This document shows positions 51,044 to 64,000 of a stretch of 64,000 bases of DNA, piece by piece (position 1 is the first letter of the stretch; every line of letters begins with the position of its first letter). The translations under genes and the position numbers were made by a program. This DNA is from Lama glama. Taxonomy: Eukaryota. The DNA lies in assembly GCA_028534125.1 (NCBI GenBank), contig CM052832.1, positions 14,634,001 through 14,698,000 of the forward strand, in the 5' to 3' direction. The notes beneath the pieces were generated by a model. It did not search any database and was not told the origin of the DNA. It saw only the letters and a program-made list of their open reading frames with translations.

Positions 51044-52622
51044 GATATGGGTATCTATACAAACTTGTGAATACAGTCTTAGAAGTAGAATTGCTGGGGC
51101 TGGTTGTATGGGCAGTTTAAATTTTGATAGGTAGTATCAAATTCACTTCAAAAGTATTGTACCAATTTTTGTTTTTACTATTAGTATTGTAAGAGTGCTT
51201 GTTTTGCGATCCTCTTAACATCTGGAAGAATGATCTTTGTCTTTGCATTGTTGCTGGTCTGTTAGGTTAAATGTATATTCATTTTAATTTGTATTGTTCT
51301 AATTATGAGTGAGGTAGGACATCCTTCCCTGTCTTTATTGGCCATTTGTATTTTCCCCCCAGCTTTATTGGAATCAGTTGTATTTTTCTATGACTCGTGT
51401 GTTTGCCTTTCTACATCTATTGGATTGTTATTCTTTTTCTCATTGATTTGTGTGAGCTATATGCAGAGCAAGGAAATTAGCTTATTAAGTGCTTGCCTTT
51501 CCTCCAGTTTGTCTTTAAACATGGTTTATAATGTTTTTTTACCATGTAGCACTGTTATGGTAAATTTTTATGAAGTTGAATCCAGCTGTCTTTTCCTTTT
51601 TGATTTCTGCTTTGGTTTCCTGCTTTGAAGTCCTTCCCTCACCTAATAGTTACATAATTATTCACCTCTGTTTTCTTTATGATTGCATAATTTACATATA
51701 AATCTTTTATACAGCTGAAATTTATTTGGCAGTGTGTGGAGCTGATATCTTCACCTGTTTTCCAGATGTTAGTTTTCCCATTTATTGTGAAATTCACATT
51801 TTCCCCCAATGATCTGAAATGCTATCTTAACATATATTAAATGCTTATGTATATATTTGGGCTTGGTTTTGTGCTTCTTCCTCTGTTGTATTGGTGTGTA
51901 TGTTCAGTTTTCTAGGGTTGAATGAGAGTTTTAATGTTCACTTAAAAAGTGTTTTTAAAGGGAAGTAGATTTTCTTCTCATAATTTTCATTTTATCTAAG
52001 TTATAAATGCACATAGTTTAAAGGGTTAGGTAGTTCTACAGGCTTGTTAAAAGGAACTAGGAATTGTAGGCTCCTTTTTTCTTATCTCATTCCCCCAAGG
52101 CAATCCTTTTTAATTCATTCAGCTAATTTTTTGGTTTTTACCTCTCTATTGATTTTTTTTTTTTTCAGTTTTGACCATTATCTATTGACTTGTCACAGGG
52201 AAATGAGGATTTTGTTCCATGAGAGCCAATGTGGTGGTGAAGAGCAAAGTCCAGAGCTTGTGTTATTTACAATCTGTGACCTTTGGCAAGTTATTTTATT
52301 CTCTCTGTGCCTTGGTTTCCTTATTTATAAGGGCAATATCAGTTTTTATCTGAGGATTGGATAAATTAATGTGCATAAAGATTTAGAGCTGTGCCCAGCA
52401 CCTGGTAATTTTTAGTTTCACTCACCCTATCAACTCATTTTCCCATTTTAATTATTTGTAATTTAGTTAAATTAGTTCTCAGTGTTTATTTTATTTAAAT
52501 GCTTATTGACATTTGAGCCATAGTGTACTGGGATTCATTTTCCTTTTCTGCACAGTCTTTGCTGCCCCAAGGGAAATAATTGTCTTGAGATTTTGGTTTT
52601 CTCAGTCTCTTAAGATATTTTA

Positions 52623-52719
52623 TTTTATTGTTTTTTTTTTTTCCAGTGGAGGTACTAGGGATTGAACCCAGAACCTGGCATATGTTAAGCACACACTCCA
52701 CCTCTGAGCTATACCCAAC
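52623..52719 (-). mobile_element. Short tRNA-derived camelid SINE
   Basis: Perfect 17-bp TSD tctcttaagatatttta at 52606-52622 and 52720-52736. Confidence 0.88.
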
Positions 52720-53454
52720 TCTCTTAAGATATTTTAAAAATGCTTGATTTATTATGTAAGTTTCAGGTGTACAGCATTATAGTTCAACATCTATATACAA
52801 GATATACAGAAATTCTTTTTTTTTCTTTACAGGGATCAGATTTCTAAATTATCCTCAAACTCCTTGCGAACTATGAATCTCTTTTCACTAGGTTTTCAGT
52901 AGGTTCAGGTGTTCTATCAGTTTTATCTTTTCGAAGACGTCTCTTCCAGAGTGTTTAACCTACTATGATTTGGACTGGTTGAACTTGAGGTCGGCTGTTC
53001 TCCTGGGTACCCTGGGGGTTTCTTTTATACTCTATCCACTGTGTTGGAACCCCTGTTTCCTGGATCCCACTTTTTAAAACCCCAGTTTTTAAAAACTTCA
53101 GGAGAGTGCAGAGGAAATAAATTTGAGACATTTATATTCTGAAACTGTATCTCTGATGTTTAGTTAATATCCTAAGTTTGGTTTGATGGCAGTTTAAAGA
53201 TTGGGAATATTTTTCTCAGAATTTTGAAGGCACTGTTTGTCTTCTATTTTTCAGTGGAAATGTTGAAATGTGATACTGTCCTGATTCTTTGTTCTTTGAG
53301 TGAATTCTGTGTTTTCCCCTTCTGGAAGCTTTTGATAACTTTGCTGTCTCCAGTGTCCTGAAATGCATCAGCACGTGTTCTCTTACACTGTGCTCAGTTT
53401 TGGGGAGCCCTTTTAGTCTGGAAACTGTCCCTCTTGTTCTTGGAAAATTTCTTT

Positions 53455-54145
53455 TTTTCCAATTTTATTAACATGTAACTCACATAGAGTTATAAGGTGT
53501 GCCGCATAATGATTTGACTTACATACATCATGAAATGATTATCACAGTAAGTTTAGTAAACACTTGTCATCTCATATAGGTACAGAATTAAAGAAATAGA
53601 AAACAAATTTTTTCTTGTAGTGAGAACTCTTAGAATTTACTGTCTTAAAACTTTCATATATAACATACAGCAGTGTTATTTATATTTATCATGTTGTACA
53701 TTGCATCAGTATTATATATGGTAGTTTGTACCTTTTGATTGCCTTCATCCAGTTCCTCTTTCTGCCTCTGGTAACCATAAATCTGATCTTGTTTTCAATG
53801 AGTTTGTTTTTGAAGTATAATTGACCTTTAACTCTGTATCAGTTCCTGTTATACAACATAGTAATTTGGAATGTCTGTACATTTCACAATGATCACCATG
53901 ATAGTTCTTATAAGTCTAGTTATGATATATCATCATACAAAGATATTACATAGTTTTTGATTATATTCCCCACACTGTACATTTTATACCTGTGACTCAT
54001 TTTATTTGCAACTAGAAGTTTGTACCTCATAATCTTCCTCATTTCTTTCTTTCCTCCCCCTACTCCCTTTTCTCTGGCAACCACTTGTTCTCTATATCTG
54101 TACTCTGTTTCTGTTTTGTTATATTTTTTCATTTCTTTTATAGAT
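53455..54145 (-). mobile_element. L1 3' UTR fragment
   Basis: 'tttttcttgtagtgagaactcttagaatttac', 'ctctggcaaccac' motifs. Confidence 0.7.
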
Positions 54146-54874
54146 CTTGGACAATGTCTTGAATTAATCCTTTGATTTCCCCCCACCCCCCTTCATTTTC
54201 TCTGTTCTCTTTTCTTAGAGGTCCCATTTTTCAGGTATTGGATTTTCTGGTCTGGTCCTCTATCTGTGTTATCTTTTCTCTTTTAACCTTTTGACAAAAT
54301 TTTGGACTGTTTTCTAAGATATCCTCAGTGTTATGTTCTTTAAGTTGCTTTTTCTGTTTACTTTCTTTAGTTTTTTTTTTTTTCTTTTCATATTAAGTGC
54401 TTTACCTTAAATATTTCTTGGTTCTTGGCTATCTACGTCTATTTAAGAGGAAGACACAAAAAGTGGGTTGGAAGTTGTGGGCCTGACTATAGGGTTTGTT
54501 ATCTGAGGGCATAACAGCTCCACCCATTTCCTCCAGGGTGGGGCAGTCACCAGGCTATGTAGTGTGTAGACTATATTAGAATATCTGAGGTCTGTTGGGT
54601 TAAGGCAAACGTGTAACTTCTCCTGTTTTTATCCATATCTTCACTTCACTTGTAGGATACCTGGTGCTCTTAATTTTTGAACCTTTTGGGTGAATCCTCA
54701 TTTTAAGTTGGGTTGCTTCTCTACCTATCCCCACTGCTGGCTGAAGAGGAGTGAGGAGTCATCTTTCTCAGGTCGGCTAAGTCATTTACCACTGGTCTGT
54801 CTGCTTTCTAGCAACCCAGATGTTGCCTCCTCACTTGTTCATTTTGTCCTTGTAAATTTATGACTTCCCCTGCC

Positions 54875-55262
54875 ATTTGCCTTAGTTCATTCAGGCTGTT
54901 ATCACAGAAATATCATAAACTTGTAAACAACAAGTGGCTTGTAAACAAAGATTTATTTTTCATAGGTCTGAAGGCTAGGAAGTCCAAGATCAGGGTGCTA
55001 GCAAGCTGGTTTGATGTTTGGTGAGGGCCCAATTCCTAGTTTATAGATGACTGACATCTGGCTCTAACCCCCTGTGGTGGAAGGGGTGAGAGAGTTCGCA
55101 AGAGTGACTTTTATAAGGACACTAATCCCATTCCTGCAGGCTTCACCTTTATGATCTTATCACCTCCTGAATGTCCCACCTTCTAATACCATCATATTAG
55201 GAGTTAGGGTTTCAACAAATGAATTTTGAGGGGACACAAACATTCATTCAGTCCATAGCACC
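54875..55262. mobile_element. MaLR (MST/MLT1A-type) LTR
   Basis: 'aggctaggaagtccaagatcagggtgctagca...ggggacacaaacattca'. Confidence 0.75.
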
Positions 55263-55614
55263 ATACCTATATTTTAAGAGGGTTTTGGGAGAGAGCTGAG
55301 GCTAGTGCATGCAGTTTTTAATTGGAAGCAGAAAAGAAGCATTGGGTTTGTACCTAAAATTTTTTATTCTGCCTTTTCATTCTTATTATGATTTATCTGG
55401 TCATTTAGATATGATATAAAATTTTGATATAGCAGTTAAATAATTGATCAAGTTGTGATGTTATATTTGAATAGTTTTCCTTCACCAAAATGAATCTACT
55501 TTTACCTGAAGGACAAATTATAAATGGTTATCTCTGGCTATAAGATTACATAGTTGGTTTTTATTTTCTTTTTAATACTTTAATTCTTTTTCTTTTTCAC
55601 TTTAATGCCCACAT

Positions 55615-57080
55615 TTTCTTTTTTTAAATTAATCAATTTTTATTGAAGTATAATTGGTTTACAATGTTGTATTAATTTCTGGTATATGGAATAAGTGATT
55701 CAGTTATACATATATATATTCCTTTTCATATTCTTTTTAATTATAGGCAATTGAAAGGTATTGAATATAGTTCCCTGTGCTATACAGAAGGACCTTGTTT
55801 ATCTATTTTGTATGTAGCAGTTAGTATCTGCAAATCTCAAATTCCCAATTTTTCCCTTCCCACCCCCTTTCGCCCTGGTAAACATAAATTTGTTTTCTAT
55901 GTCTGTGAGTCTGTGAGTTTTATAAATAAGTTGATTTGTGTCTTTTTTTTTTATATTCCACATATGAGTGATATATGATATTTCTCTTCCTCTGTCTGAT
56001 TTACTTCACTTAGTATTACGGTCTCTAGGTCCATCTATGTTGCTGCAAATGATATTATTTCATTCTTTTTTATGACTAAGTAGTATTCCTGTGTGTGTGT
56101 GTGTGTGTACACACATCACAGCTTTATCCATTCGTCTGTTGATGGACGTTTAGGTAGCTTCTATGTCTTGGCTGTTGTAAAAAGTGCTGCTTTGAATATT
56201 GGGGTACATGTATGTTTTTGAATTAGAATCTTCATCTTTTCCAGATACATGCCCAGGAGTGGGATTGCTGGATCATATGGTAACTCTTATTTTTCATTTT
56301 CATAAGGAACCTCCATACTATTCTCCATAGTGGCTGCACTGATTTAGCCCCTAACTTTTTATTTTGAAGAATTTCAAAACTATAGAAGAGTTCAAAGACT
56401 AGTACAATGACTACCTATATAATTACCATTTTACCACATTTGCTTTATTTATTTATTTATTTTCTACATTTGCTTTATTTTTAAAGCATCTTTATTGAAG
56501 TATAATTTACATACCATAAATTAACCCATTTAAAATAGTTGATTTTTGGTAAGTTTACAGAACTGAGCAACCATCACTTCAATCCAGCTGTATATTTTCA
56601 TCATTCCAATAGGATTTTTTCTGTTTGTTTACAGTTAATCCCCATTCCTACTCCCAGGCCTAAGGCAACCACTAATCTGTTCTCTGTCTCTCAATAGTTG
56701 CCTTTTCTTTACTTTTTGTATCTATTGGCTTTGTATCTGGCTTCTTTCACTTAGCATAATGTTTATGAAGTTTATTCATGTTTTAACATGGATCAGTATT
56801 TTGTTCATTTTTATTGATGAGTAATTTTCCATTGTATGGATATATCACATTTCATTTATCCATTTACCAGTTGATGTACTTCTGGTTTTTCTACTTACGG
56901 CTGTTATGAATAAAACTGCTATGAACATTCACTTGTAAGAATGTTTTAACTTCTAGATAGATACCTAGGAAAGGATTGCTATTTTGTATTGTTGTATTTA
57001 ACTTTTTAAGAAACTGCCAAATTGTTTTCCAAAGTAACTATCATTTTATGTTCCCATCAGCAATGTATGAGAGTTCTTTT
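55615..57080 (-). mobile_element. Nested L1 3' fragments
   Basis: Younger L1 (about 55615-56345) followed by older L1M motifs. Confidence 0.75.
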
Positions 57081-59837
57081 TATGGATTTTATACATTTTT
57101 CCCCTGAACTATTTGAGATAAATTGCAGAGATCATGATATTTCACCCCTTAGTCCTTCAGCAAATCTATCCTAAGAACAAGGTCATCATCCTATATAATA
57201 TCATTGTCACTCCCAAGGCATTTAGCATGAAAATAAATGATAGTATTATTCAATGTATAGTCTATATCTAGATTTCCCTATTTGTTCTCTGAATGCCCTT
57301 ATAACTTTTTTTTTTCAATTGAGAATCTTCTCAGGCATCTCATATTACATTGGTTGTCATGTCTGTAATTTAGAATAGGCCCTTACCTTTGTCATTTGCA
57401 TGTTTTATGACATTGATATTTTTTAAGAGCGGAGGCCATTTGTCCTCTAGAGTGTCCCATATTGTTGATTAGTCTGATTGTTTCCTCATAGTTAGATTCA
57501 GGTTATATGTTTTTTTTCCCCTTTCTTTCTTGTTAGAAATAATAGGTAGATAATTCTGCATCTTATGTTGCATCACATCAGGAGGCATCTGCTGTTAGTT
57601 TGTCCCATTATTGTTACTAAATTTGAGTATTTAGTTAAGACAGTGTCCACCTGTTTTTCTCCTTTGTAATTAGTAAGTAATCTGTTAGAGAATAGGAGAA
57701 TATCCTTTTCCCTAGCAGTCTTTCTCCTGCTTTAGTAGCCATTGATGATCCTTGCTTTAGTGGTTTGTTGCCTAGTGGTTGCAAAAAGATGATTTTCCAA
57801 ATCTGTTGTTCCTTCTACTTTTATTAGTTGGCAGTCTTTAGTAAAGATACTGGTAATTTTTAAATGGAAATTATCATAGTCGTGAAGGATTTTATGGTGA
57901 ATGAATCAGATATTTGGTTATTTGTCTTAATAGTGTGGAGCTATGTGTATTTACCTTACTCTCAGCCACAGGGGATTGAAAGAAAAGGTTCTGGAGAGAG
58001 ATCTCCTTGACCTTTGTGAAGCTTGAAATACATAAACTCCTTCACTGTGTTTTCATTATTTGGGGATGTTTGCTGTTTTTCTCTCTTTGAGAGACCACTC
58101 TGTTTTAGGAAGAATCAGAAAAAGCTACAGAAATATTTTTTCCTGAGTTTTTTAAAAAATTAGTTTCTTTTTGGAAACCAAGTTAGATTGTGTGTGTGTG
58201 TGTTTTCATGTTTCTTTGGATGGTTTTGTGATTTTGGGGGGGATGGTAGTAATTTAACTGGTGGTAATTATGCAGTGTCATGCAAAGTAGTTATTTTAAA
58301 AAATCCTTTTCTTCTGTAATGTATAAGAAATGCCATAGTTGGATGAGCTGTCCAAACCTGACTGCTTTTCATGGGCAGTTGGCTGTCCAGACATGAAACA
58401 TTAACAGAGTATGTGAGACTGTAAGTGTCATAGGATTTTTACAGGAAATATTCTTTAAATGTTGTCTTCCTTGTTCTCAGTGATCAGTTACTACTAAAAA
58501 TGACAGCAATTTCTAACATATTTATACTGTTGTTTCATTGGTTTGTAAAGAATAAGCGACCTGGCCCTCTCAGGTTTATGAACTGTGGTAAAGATCTGCC
58601 TTTATTGTAATCTTTCTCCAAGTTCCATCCAATTTAATTTAGTCTTCCAGCTATAAAGTATGTAGCTTTTTAAGCTACCTATCTCACATGTACCAGCGAA
58701 CAGCCAAATATAGACACAGAGTATTTGGAGATGGGTTGTCTGCAGAATGAGCAGAGTAGGCATTAATGCCATGTGACATTATTTGGTGGTGATGATAACA
58801 TTGCATTGGCTTTGTTCATCATATTACATAGAACTTGGACAACTTTTATTTGCCTTTTTGTTCTTAGAGGAGAGAATAACATAACATAGGGTCTTAGACA
58901 TATGTATTCTAGTGTGCATTTTGGGAGGTGAAGTATGCTGAGGTTTACTTTTGTGTTATCTCTAAATATGGTATGGCCAGTGTGGTTCTTTAGGGAAGAT
59001 GAAACTGAAGACTTTGAAGCTAGCCCCTGTAGCACACTGTCAGGAAATCTCTAGGCAAGACATATTGGTCAGATGTGGAGCATTTTAATCAAAAGTGTAT
59101 GTAAAAGGTGTGTGATTTCTTTTCAAAGCCCCTGTATTTTTCTTTGTATGCAGAAACAGCAGCTGGATTCGAGAGTGGAATGTTGGTTTAAAATTTAGCT
59201 TTTTGACACTTTCCCCTGTAAGAAGGGTTTCTATTGTTTTTTAGAAAATAGGTCTCTGACTAGGCTGTAGGCTAAGACACATTTTGACCATTGCTGACTT
59301 ATTCTAAGCTCTTTGTGTAGTAAACACACTTTTAAAACCATAATTATAGATTTACCTGATCATTTCGTAACTGCTCCTTTAAATTATGTCCCAAAGAAAG
59401 TTTCATGAACAACAGTAAACCAGAGATGTTTTGTTTATGAAGATAGTTTTGTCTGAATCACGTTTTCTGTTTGTCATTCTGGAACTTTTTGGGTATCATA
59501 CATTTTCATGTCTTCTCTGGGCAATTGTTTTAGTATCTTCAAAAATTTCAATTAGCACTGAATCTAGTGATTATTTACCTTCTCAGGAAGTATCCATGAC
59601 AGTTAAATGGGGCGGAAGGCGAGAAGAATAGGAGTTAACTTTCTAAATGTGCATCTTTAATGGATAATTGAGTTCTTGAAAGCAGAGTTATGATGAAGGA
59701 AATGACTCAGCAGAATACAGCACCTTTCTAATTGTACCCTTTCTTTAAGCCTACTTTTACATTCATAGTTTTTTTTTTGTATGAGAAGCATTTTCAAATA
59801 TACAGTATAGTAGAAAGAATAATACAATGAATAGCCA

Positions 59838-60265
59838 TTGCATTTGTTTTTGCTGCTGTTAAATGACCACAAAATTAGGGGTTTTAAAAAAACACCAATT
59901 TATGATTTCACAGTTATGGAGTTCAGAAGTCCAAAATGAGTCTCACTGGGCTAAAATTAAGGTGTTATCAGGGCTGTGTTCTTGCTAGAGAATCTATTTC
60001 CTTGCCTTTTCCCACATCTGGGGGCCACATACACTCCTTGGCTTATAGCCTCATTTCTCCATCTTCAAAGCCAGCATGTCTTGTGAGTCCTCAAACTGCT
60101 CTTTCTTTGGTTCTCTCTTCCAATTTCCTCTTCCACTTTTAAGGAAGTGATTACATTGATAATACAGGATAATGTTCCTGTATTGAGGTCACCTGATTAG
60201 CAACCTGAATTCTCCTTTGCCACTAACATAGCACATATACATGTATGTTATGGGGATTAGGACAT
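59838..60265. mobile_element. MaLR (MLT1-type) LTR
   Basis: 'gttcagaagtccaaaatgagtctcactgggctaaaattaaggtg...ggggattaggac'. Confidence 0.7.
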
Positions 60266-61131
60266 TATCGAGATGATGAAATGTCCTGAAACATGGTGAT
60301 GGTTTTACAGTTAAATAACTTTACTAAAAATCATTGAATTATGCATTTGAAATAGGTGAATTTTATGTTATGTAAGTCATACTTCAATAAATTTTTTTAA
60401 CTTTTAGATTCTCTCCGTTGCTTTTAGGAGTAAGTACAAATTTCTTAATGAAGTATATTGCTCTCATCCTAATTAAAATTTTTTAAAATTGTGGTAAAAT
60501 ACACATGACATAGAATTTACCAGCTTAACCATTTCTAAGTGTATACAGTTCAGTAGAATTAACCATGTTGTGCAACCTATCTCCAGAACTTTTTCATCTT
60601 GTGAAACTGAAACTCTGTACCCATTAAACAGTAACTCCTCATTTCCCCCTTTCCTCAGCCCCTGTCAGTCATCATTTTACTTTCTGTTTCTATGAATTTG
60701 ACTACTCTAGATACCTCATATAAGTGAATAATATACTATTTGTAGTTTATAGCCCGGATACTATGAGAAAAACTCATTCTCAATTTCAGTTCCAAATTCC
60801 TAGGTGCCCCCACCCCCATGTTAACTCTGGAATGACCTCACTCTGTTCTAAGGGGTCCTGTGTGGAAGTGGGGGCATTGCCTAAACAAGTAACAACTACA
60901 AATGCTCTCATTCCCCCTCTCAAATGGGAGATGACTCCTAGTCAGGTCCAGCTATCATACTGTAACTTCTGTTGTACCAGGTTCCCCACCAACTGAAGGT
61001 CTCTGGGTGAAAGCTGTGCTTTCCCTAGTTAGGTCTTGATTGGTCCAGGTATACCTTTGCATGCTCTTGCACTCTGTGGGTTAAACGATACATTTTTGTT
61101 GTTGTTGTCATTCCTCTGTCATCCGTTAATA

Positions 61132-62028
61132 TAGAAATACCTCGGAGATACTGCTGGTTTGGTTCCAGACCGATGCAATACAGAGAATATTGCCATAAAA
61201 CAAATTACACAAACTTTTTGGTTTCCTAGTACATATGAAAGTTATGTTTATGCTATAGTCTCTTAAGTGTGCAATAGNNNNNNNNNNNNNNNNNNNNNNN
61301 NNNNNNNNNNNNNNNNNNNNNNNNNNNNNNNNNNNNNNNNNNNNNNNNNNNNNNNNNNNNNNNNNNNNNNNNNNNNNNNNNNNNNNNNNNNNNNNNNNNN
61401 NNNNNNNNNNNNNNNNNNNNNNNNNNNNNNNNNNNNNNNNNNNNNNNNNNNNNNNNNNNNNNNNNNNNNNNNNNNNNNNNNNNNNNNNNNNNNNNNNNNN
61501 NNNNNNNNNNNNNNNNNNNNNNNNNNNNNNNNNNNNNNNNNNNNNNNNNNNNNNNNNNNNNNNNNNNNNNNNNNNNNNNNNNNNNNNNNNNNNNNNNNNN
61601 NNNNNNNNNNNNNNNNNNNNNNNNNNNNNNNNNNNNNNNNNNNNNNNNNNNNNNNNNNNNNNNNNNNNNNNNNNNNNNNNNNNNNNNNNNNNNNNNNNNN
61701 NNNNNNNNNNNNNNNNNNNNNNNNNNNNNNNNNNNNNNNNNNNNNNNNNNNNNNNNNNNNNNNNNNNNNNNNNNNNNAAACAATCACAATAGAAACATCA
61801 AAGATCACTGATCACAGATCACTGTAACAAATATAATAATAATGAAAAAGTTGGAAATATTGTGAAAATTACCAAAATGTGACACAGACACAAAGTGAGT
61901 AATTACTGTTGGAAAAATGGTACCAACAGACTTGCTTACTGCAGGGTTGTCATAAACCTTCAATTCATAAAAAACGTGATCATCTGTGAAGCACAATAAT
62001 GCAAGTTCAATAAAATGAGATATGTCTG
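61132..62028. mobile_element. Tigger1 (Tc1/mariner-pogo) DNA transposon, both ends, spanning an assembly gap
   Basis: Left end 'atacctcggagatactgctggtttggttccagacc' and right end 'caataaaatgagatatgtctg|ta' match Tigger1 termini. Confidence 0.8.
61278..61777. other. Assembly gap, exactly 500 N
   Basis: Run of N; the round number suggests a placeholder size. Confidence 0.99.
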
Positions 62029-62082
62029 TAGTCCCAGTATAAAATTTTAATGGGAAAATTTGATAAAAAGAAGGGAAAAACG

Positions 62083-62297
62083 CAATTGACCGTTTAACAA
62101 CTTGGGGGTTGGGGTTCCAGCCCTCCATGCAGATGAAAATCTGTGTATAACTTATATTTGGCCCTCCATATCAGCAATTCCAAATCCATGGGTTCCAGCA
62201 ATCTCTGATCGTGTAGTACTGTAGTATCTACTGTTAAAAAAATATCTGAGTGTTGTGGACCTGCACAACTCAACTTGTGTTGTTGAAGGGTCAACTG
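62083..62297. mobile_element. MER8/Tigger2-type MITE
   Basis: TIRs caattgaccgtttaacaac / gttgttgaagggtcaactg followed by TA. Confidence 0.7.
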
Positions 62298-64000
62298 TAT
62301 TTTGGTCACTAGTGTATTCCATTCTACAAATATTTATTAAGCACCTTCTATAATACCATGCACTATTCTCAGCCTGGGAAATGCAAGCAGAGAGAATACA
62401 AGGTATATATTTTCTTCTGTAGGGCAGGAGCAGTAAAATACAGTCAGCAAGTATCATGGTCACCTGTTAACTCATTTCACTGGTGGAGAACTGAAGGCCT
62501 TGGCCTGGCTTTCTCCAGAAAAAATTCCTGTATCTGTTATTTCTCATGACCATACTTGAGAGGAGCACAGGGGGTATAGGGGCAGAGTTGGAGGTAGTCC
62601 TTTTATGAGGGCCATGCTGCTCTAGCTTTCCCCCTCCAATAAGATGCTACTTCTTTGGCCCTAGGGCTTGACTAGAGTATAATAATTATAGGCTCCTGAT
62701 GATAGAATTCCTTTAAACCTTAAGTTCACCCTTTATCCATTTCATTTTTGGGCATTCCCTTTGATAAATAACCAATGCCAATAATATTATAATTAGATTT
62801 TAGTCTCTAAGATTGCCAAAGAGAATTGCTAGGCCTGGGTTAGGTCCCTTGGCTCTGCTTATCTTTCCAGATTAAAGGTCTCTACTCAGGACATGGATGG
62901 ATAATTCTGGATTTAGAGATTTCTCAAATCTTCTGTGGGATGTCATCCCCTAAATTTCCCCTCTCCTCAGCTGTATTTCTTTGAGATATACTCTATAATG
63001 AGGGGGAGGGAACGGCAGTTTGGGGGACCCTTTGAGAAGTGTTTTGAAAGGGTCTGTTTTACAGTGTATTCATCAGGGCCTCAGTTTCTTAGTTATGCAG
63101 AGAATTCAGTTGTTGAAATTCAGCAAAGTCTCTAATTAATCTGACCATTACAGGTTTTAGATCTTTGGCGTTAGACAGAAAGTTATATTTATCTTGTGTG
63201 TCATATCTTCTCTCAGGAAGGCTAGATTGGATTGGGTTGTATTTTGCAGGTTGGATTGTCTTGCAGAACCTTACTGAAGTTTGCACAGTCTTCTGTGGGC
63301 AGTTTCCTTTATATTGTCCAGGCTCCTAAAGCTCCATCTGGCTTTTGAATGCATATGCAGTATAACCAGTTGCTTTGCTACATACGAGGATTACTACCTT
63401 TGTAAACTGAGAGGAAGGGGAGCCCATTTCTTCCTACCTCACCTTGACTTTGTTATTCATTGTGGGTTTTTACCTTTCACAATGTTTTAGTCTTGTATCA
63501 GTTAGGACTTTATTGGAGGTGGTGAATAGAACCCCTGTCTTAAACTAGCCTGATTAAAAATGAGAACTAATAATGATATCAGAATATCTTGGAACCTGAG
63601 TTAGCAGTTTGTCAGGCCTCTCTTTTTCTGGCTGCTTGGTTTGTGTTGTTCTTTCAACTGTCAAACATCTGTGTGCTTTTGCACATTCTCTCCCCCTATC
63701 TGAAATGCCCCTTTACTCCCCTTCTGTAGGTGGTTAACCAGTTCATCGAGGTACAGTTCTGTTGTTACCTGGTTGATGAAGCTTTCCCTGAATTCCTCAG
63801 TTTGAGTTAGGCATTTTCTCTTCTGTACTTTTATAATTCTTGGTCATATTTCTTCTCTGACATTTACTGCATTGAATTGTGATTACTGAGTTTCAATTGA
63901 ATCTTTCTTAATAGATTGTTCTTTGGTAGCAAAGACTTTGTCATACTTATCTTTACATTTCTAGTACCTGGAGTCATGAGTGAGTGAAAACTTAAATAGA

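Noticed and set aside
52810..52840. Very strong acceptor-like tttttttctttacAG
   Set aside because: Lies in repeat-derived T-rich sequence; the downstream sequence does not encode ILRUN exon 2 and has no convincing donor.
61253..61827. 176-186 aa poly-X ORFs
   Set aside because: Artefact of the N gap.
1..64000. CRISPR arrays, operons or other prokaryotic systems
   Set aside because: The sequence is intron-exon mammalian DNA and contains no regularly spaced repeats with unique spacers.

Overview
Mammalian genomic DNA, most likely camelid (Camelus/Vicugna), judged from seven copies of a tRNA-derived Vic-1-type SINE and artiodactyl-type L1 3' ends. Two genes lie head-to-head about 26 kb apart, each with a CpG-island promoter. 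SNRPC (U1 snRNP protein C) is on the minus strand with coding exons 1-5 at 10212..2392; exon 6 lies left of the window. ILRUN/C6orf106 is on the plus strand with coding exon 1 at 36581..36738; the rest of the window is intron 1. Most other sequence is interspersed repeat (L1, SINE, MIR, LTR/MaLR, hAT and Tigger DNA transposons), and a 500-N assembly gap sits inside a Tigger1. Nearly all ORF-track entries are spurious. The best leads are (1) a repeat-free intergenic stretch (about 18.8-20.15 kb) with a long decayed reading frame showing weak IRG-GTPase-like features, possibly a dead gene; (2) an in-frame 12-nt microexon candidate in ILRUN intron 1; (3) several cryptic cassette or poison exon candidates in SNRPC introns; and (4) a minimal uORF in the ILRUN leader. 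All are unverified sequence-level inferences. No prokaryotic-type system (CRISPR, operon) is present.
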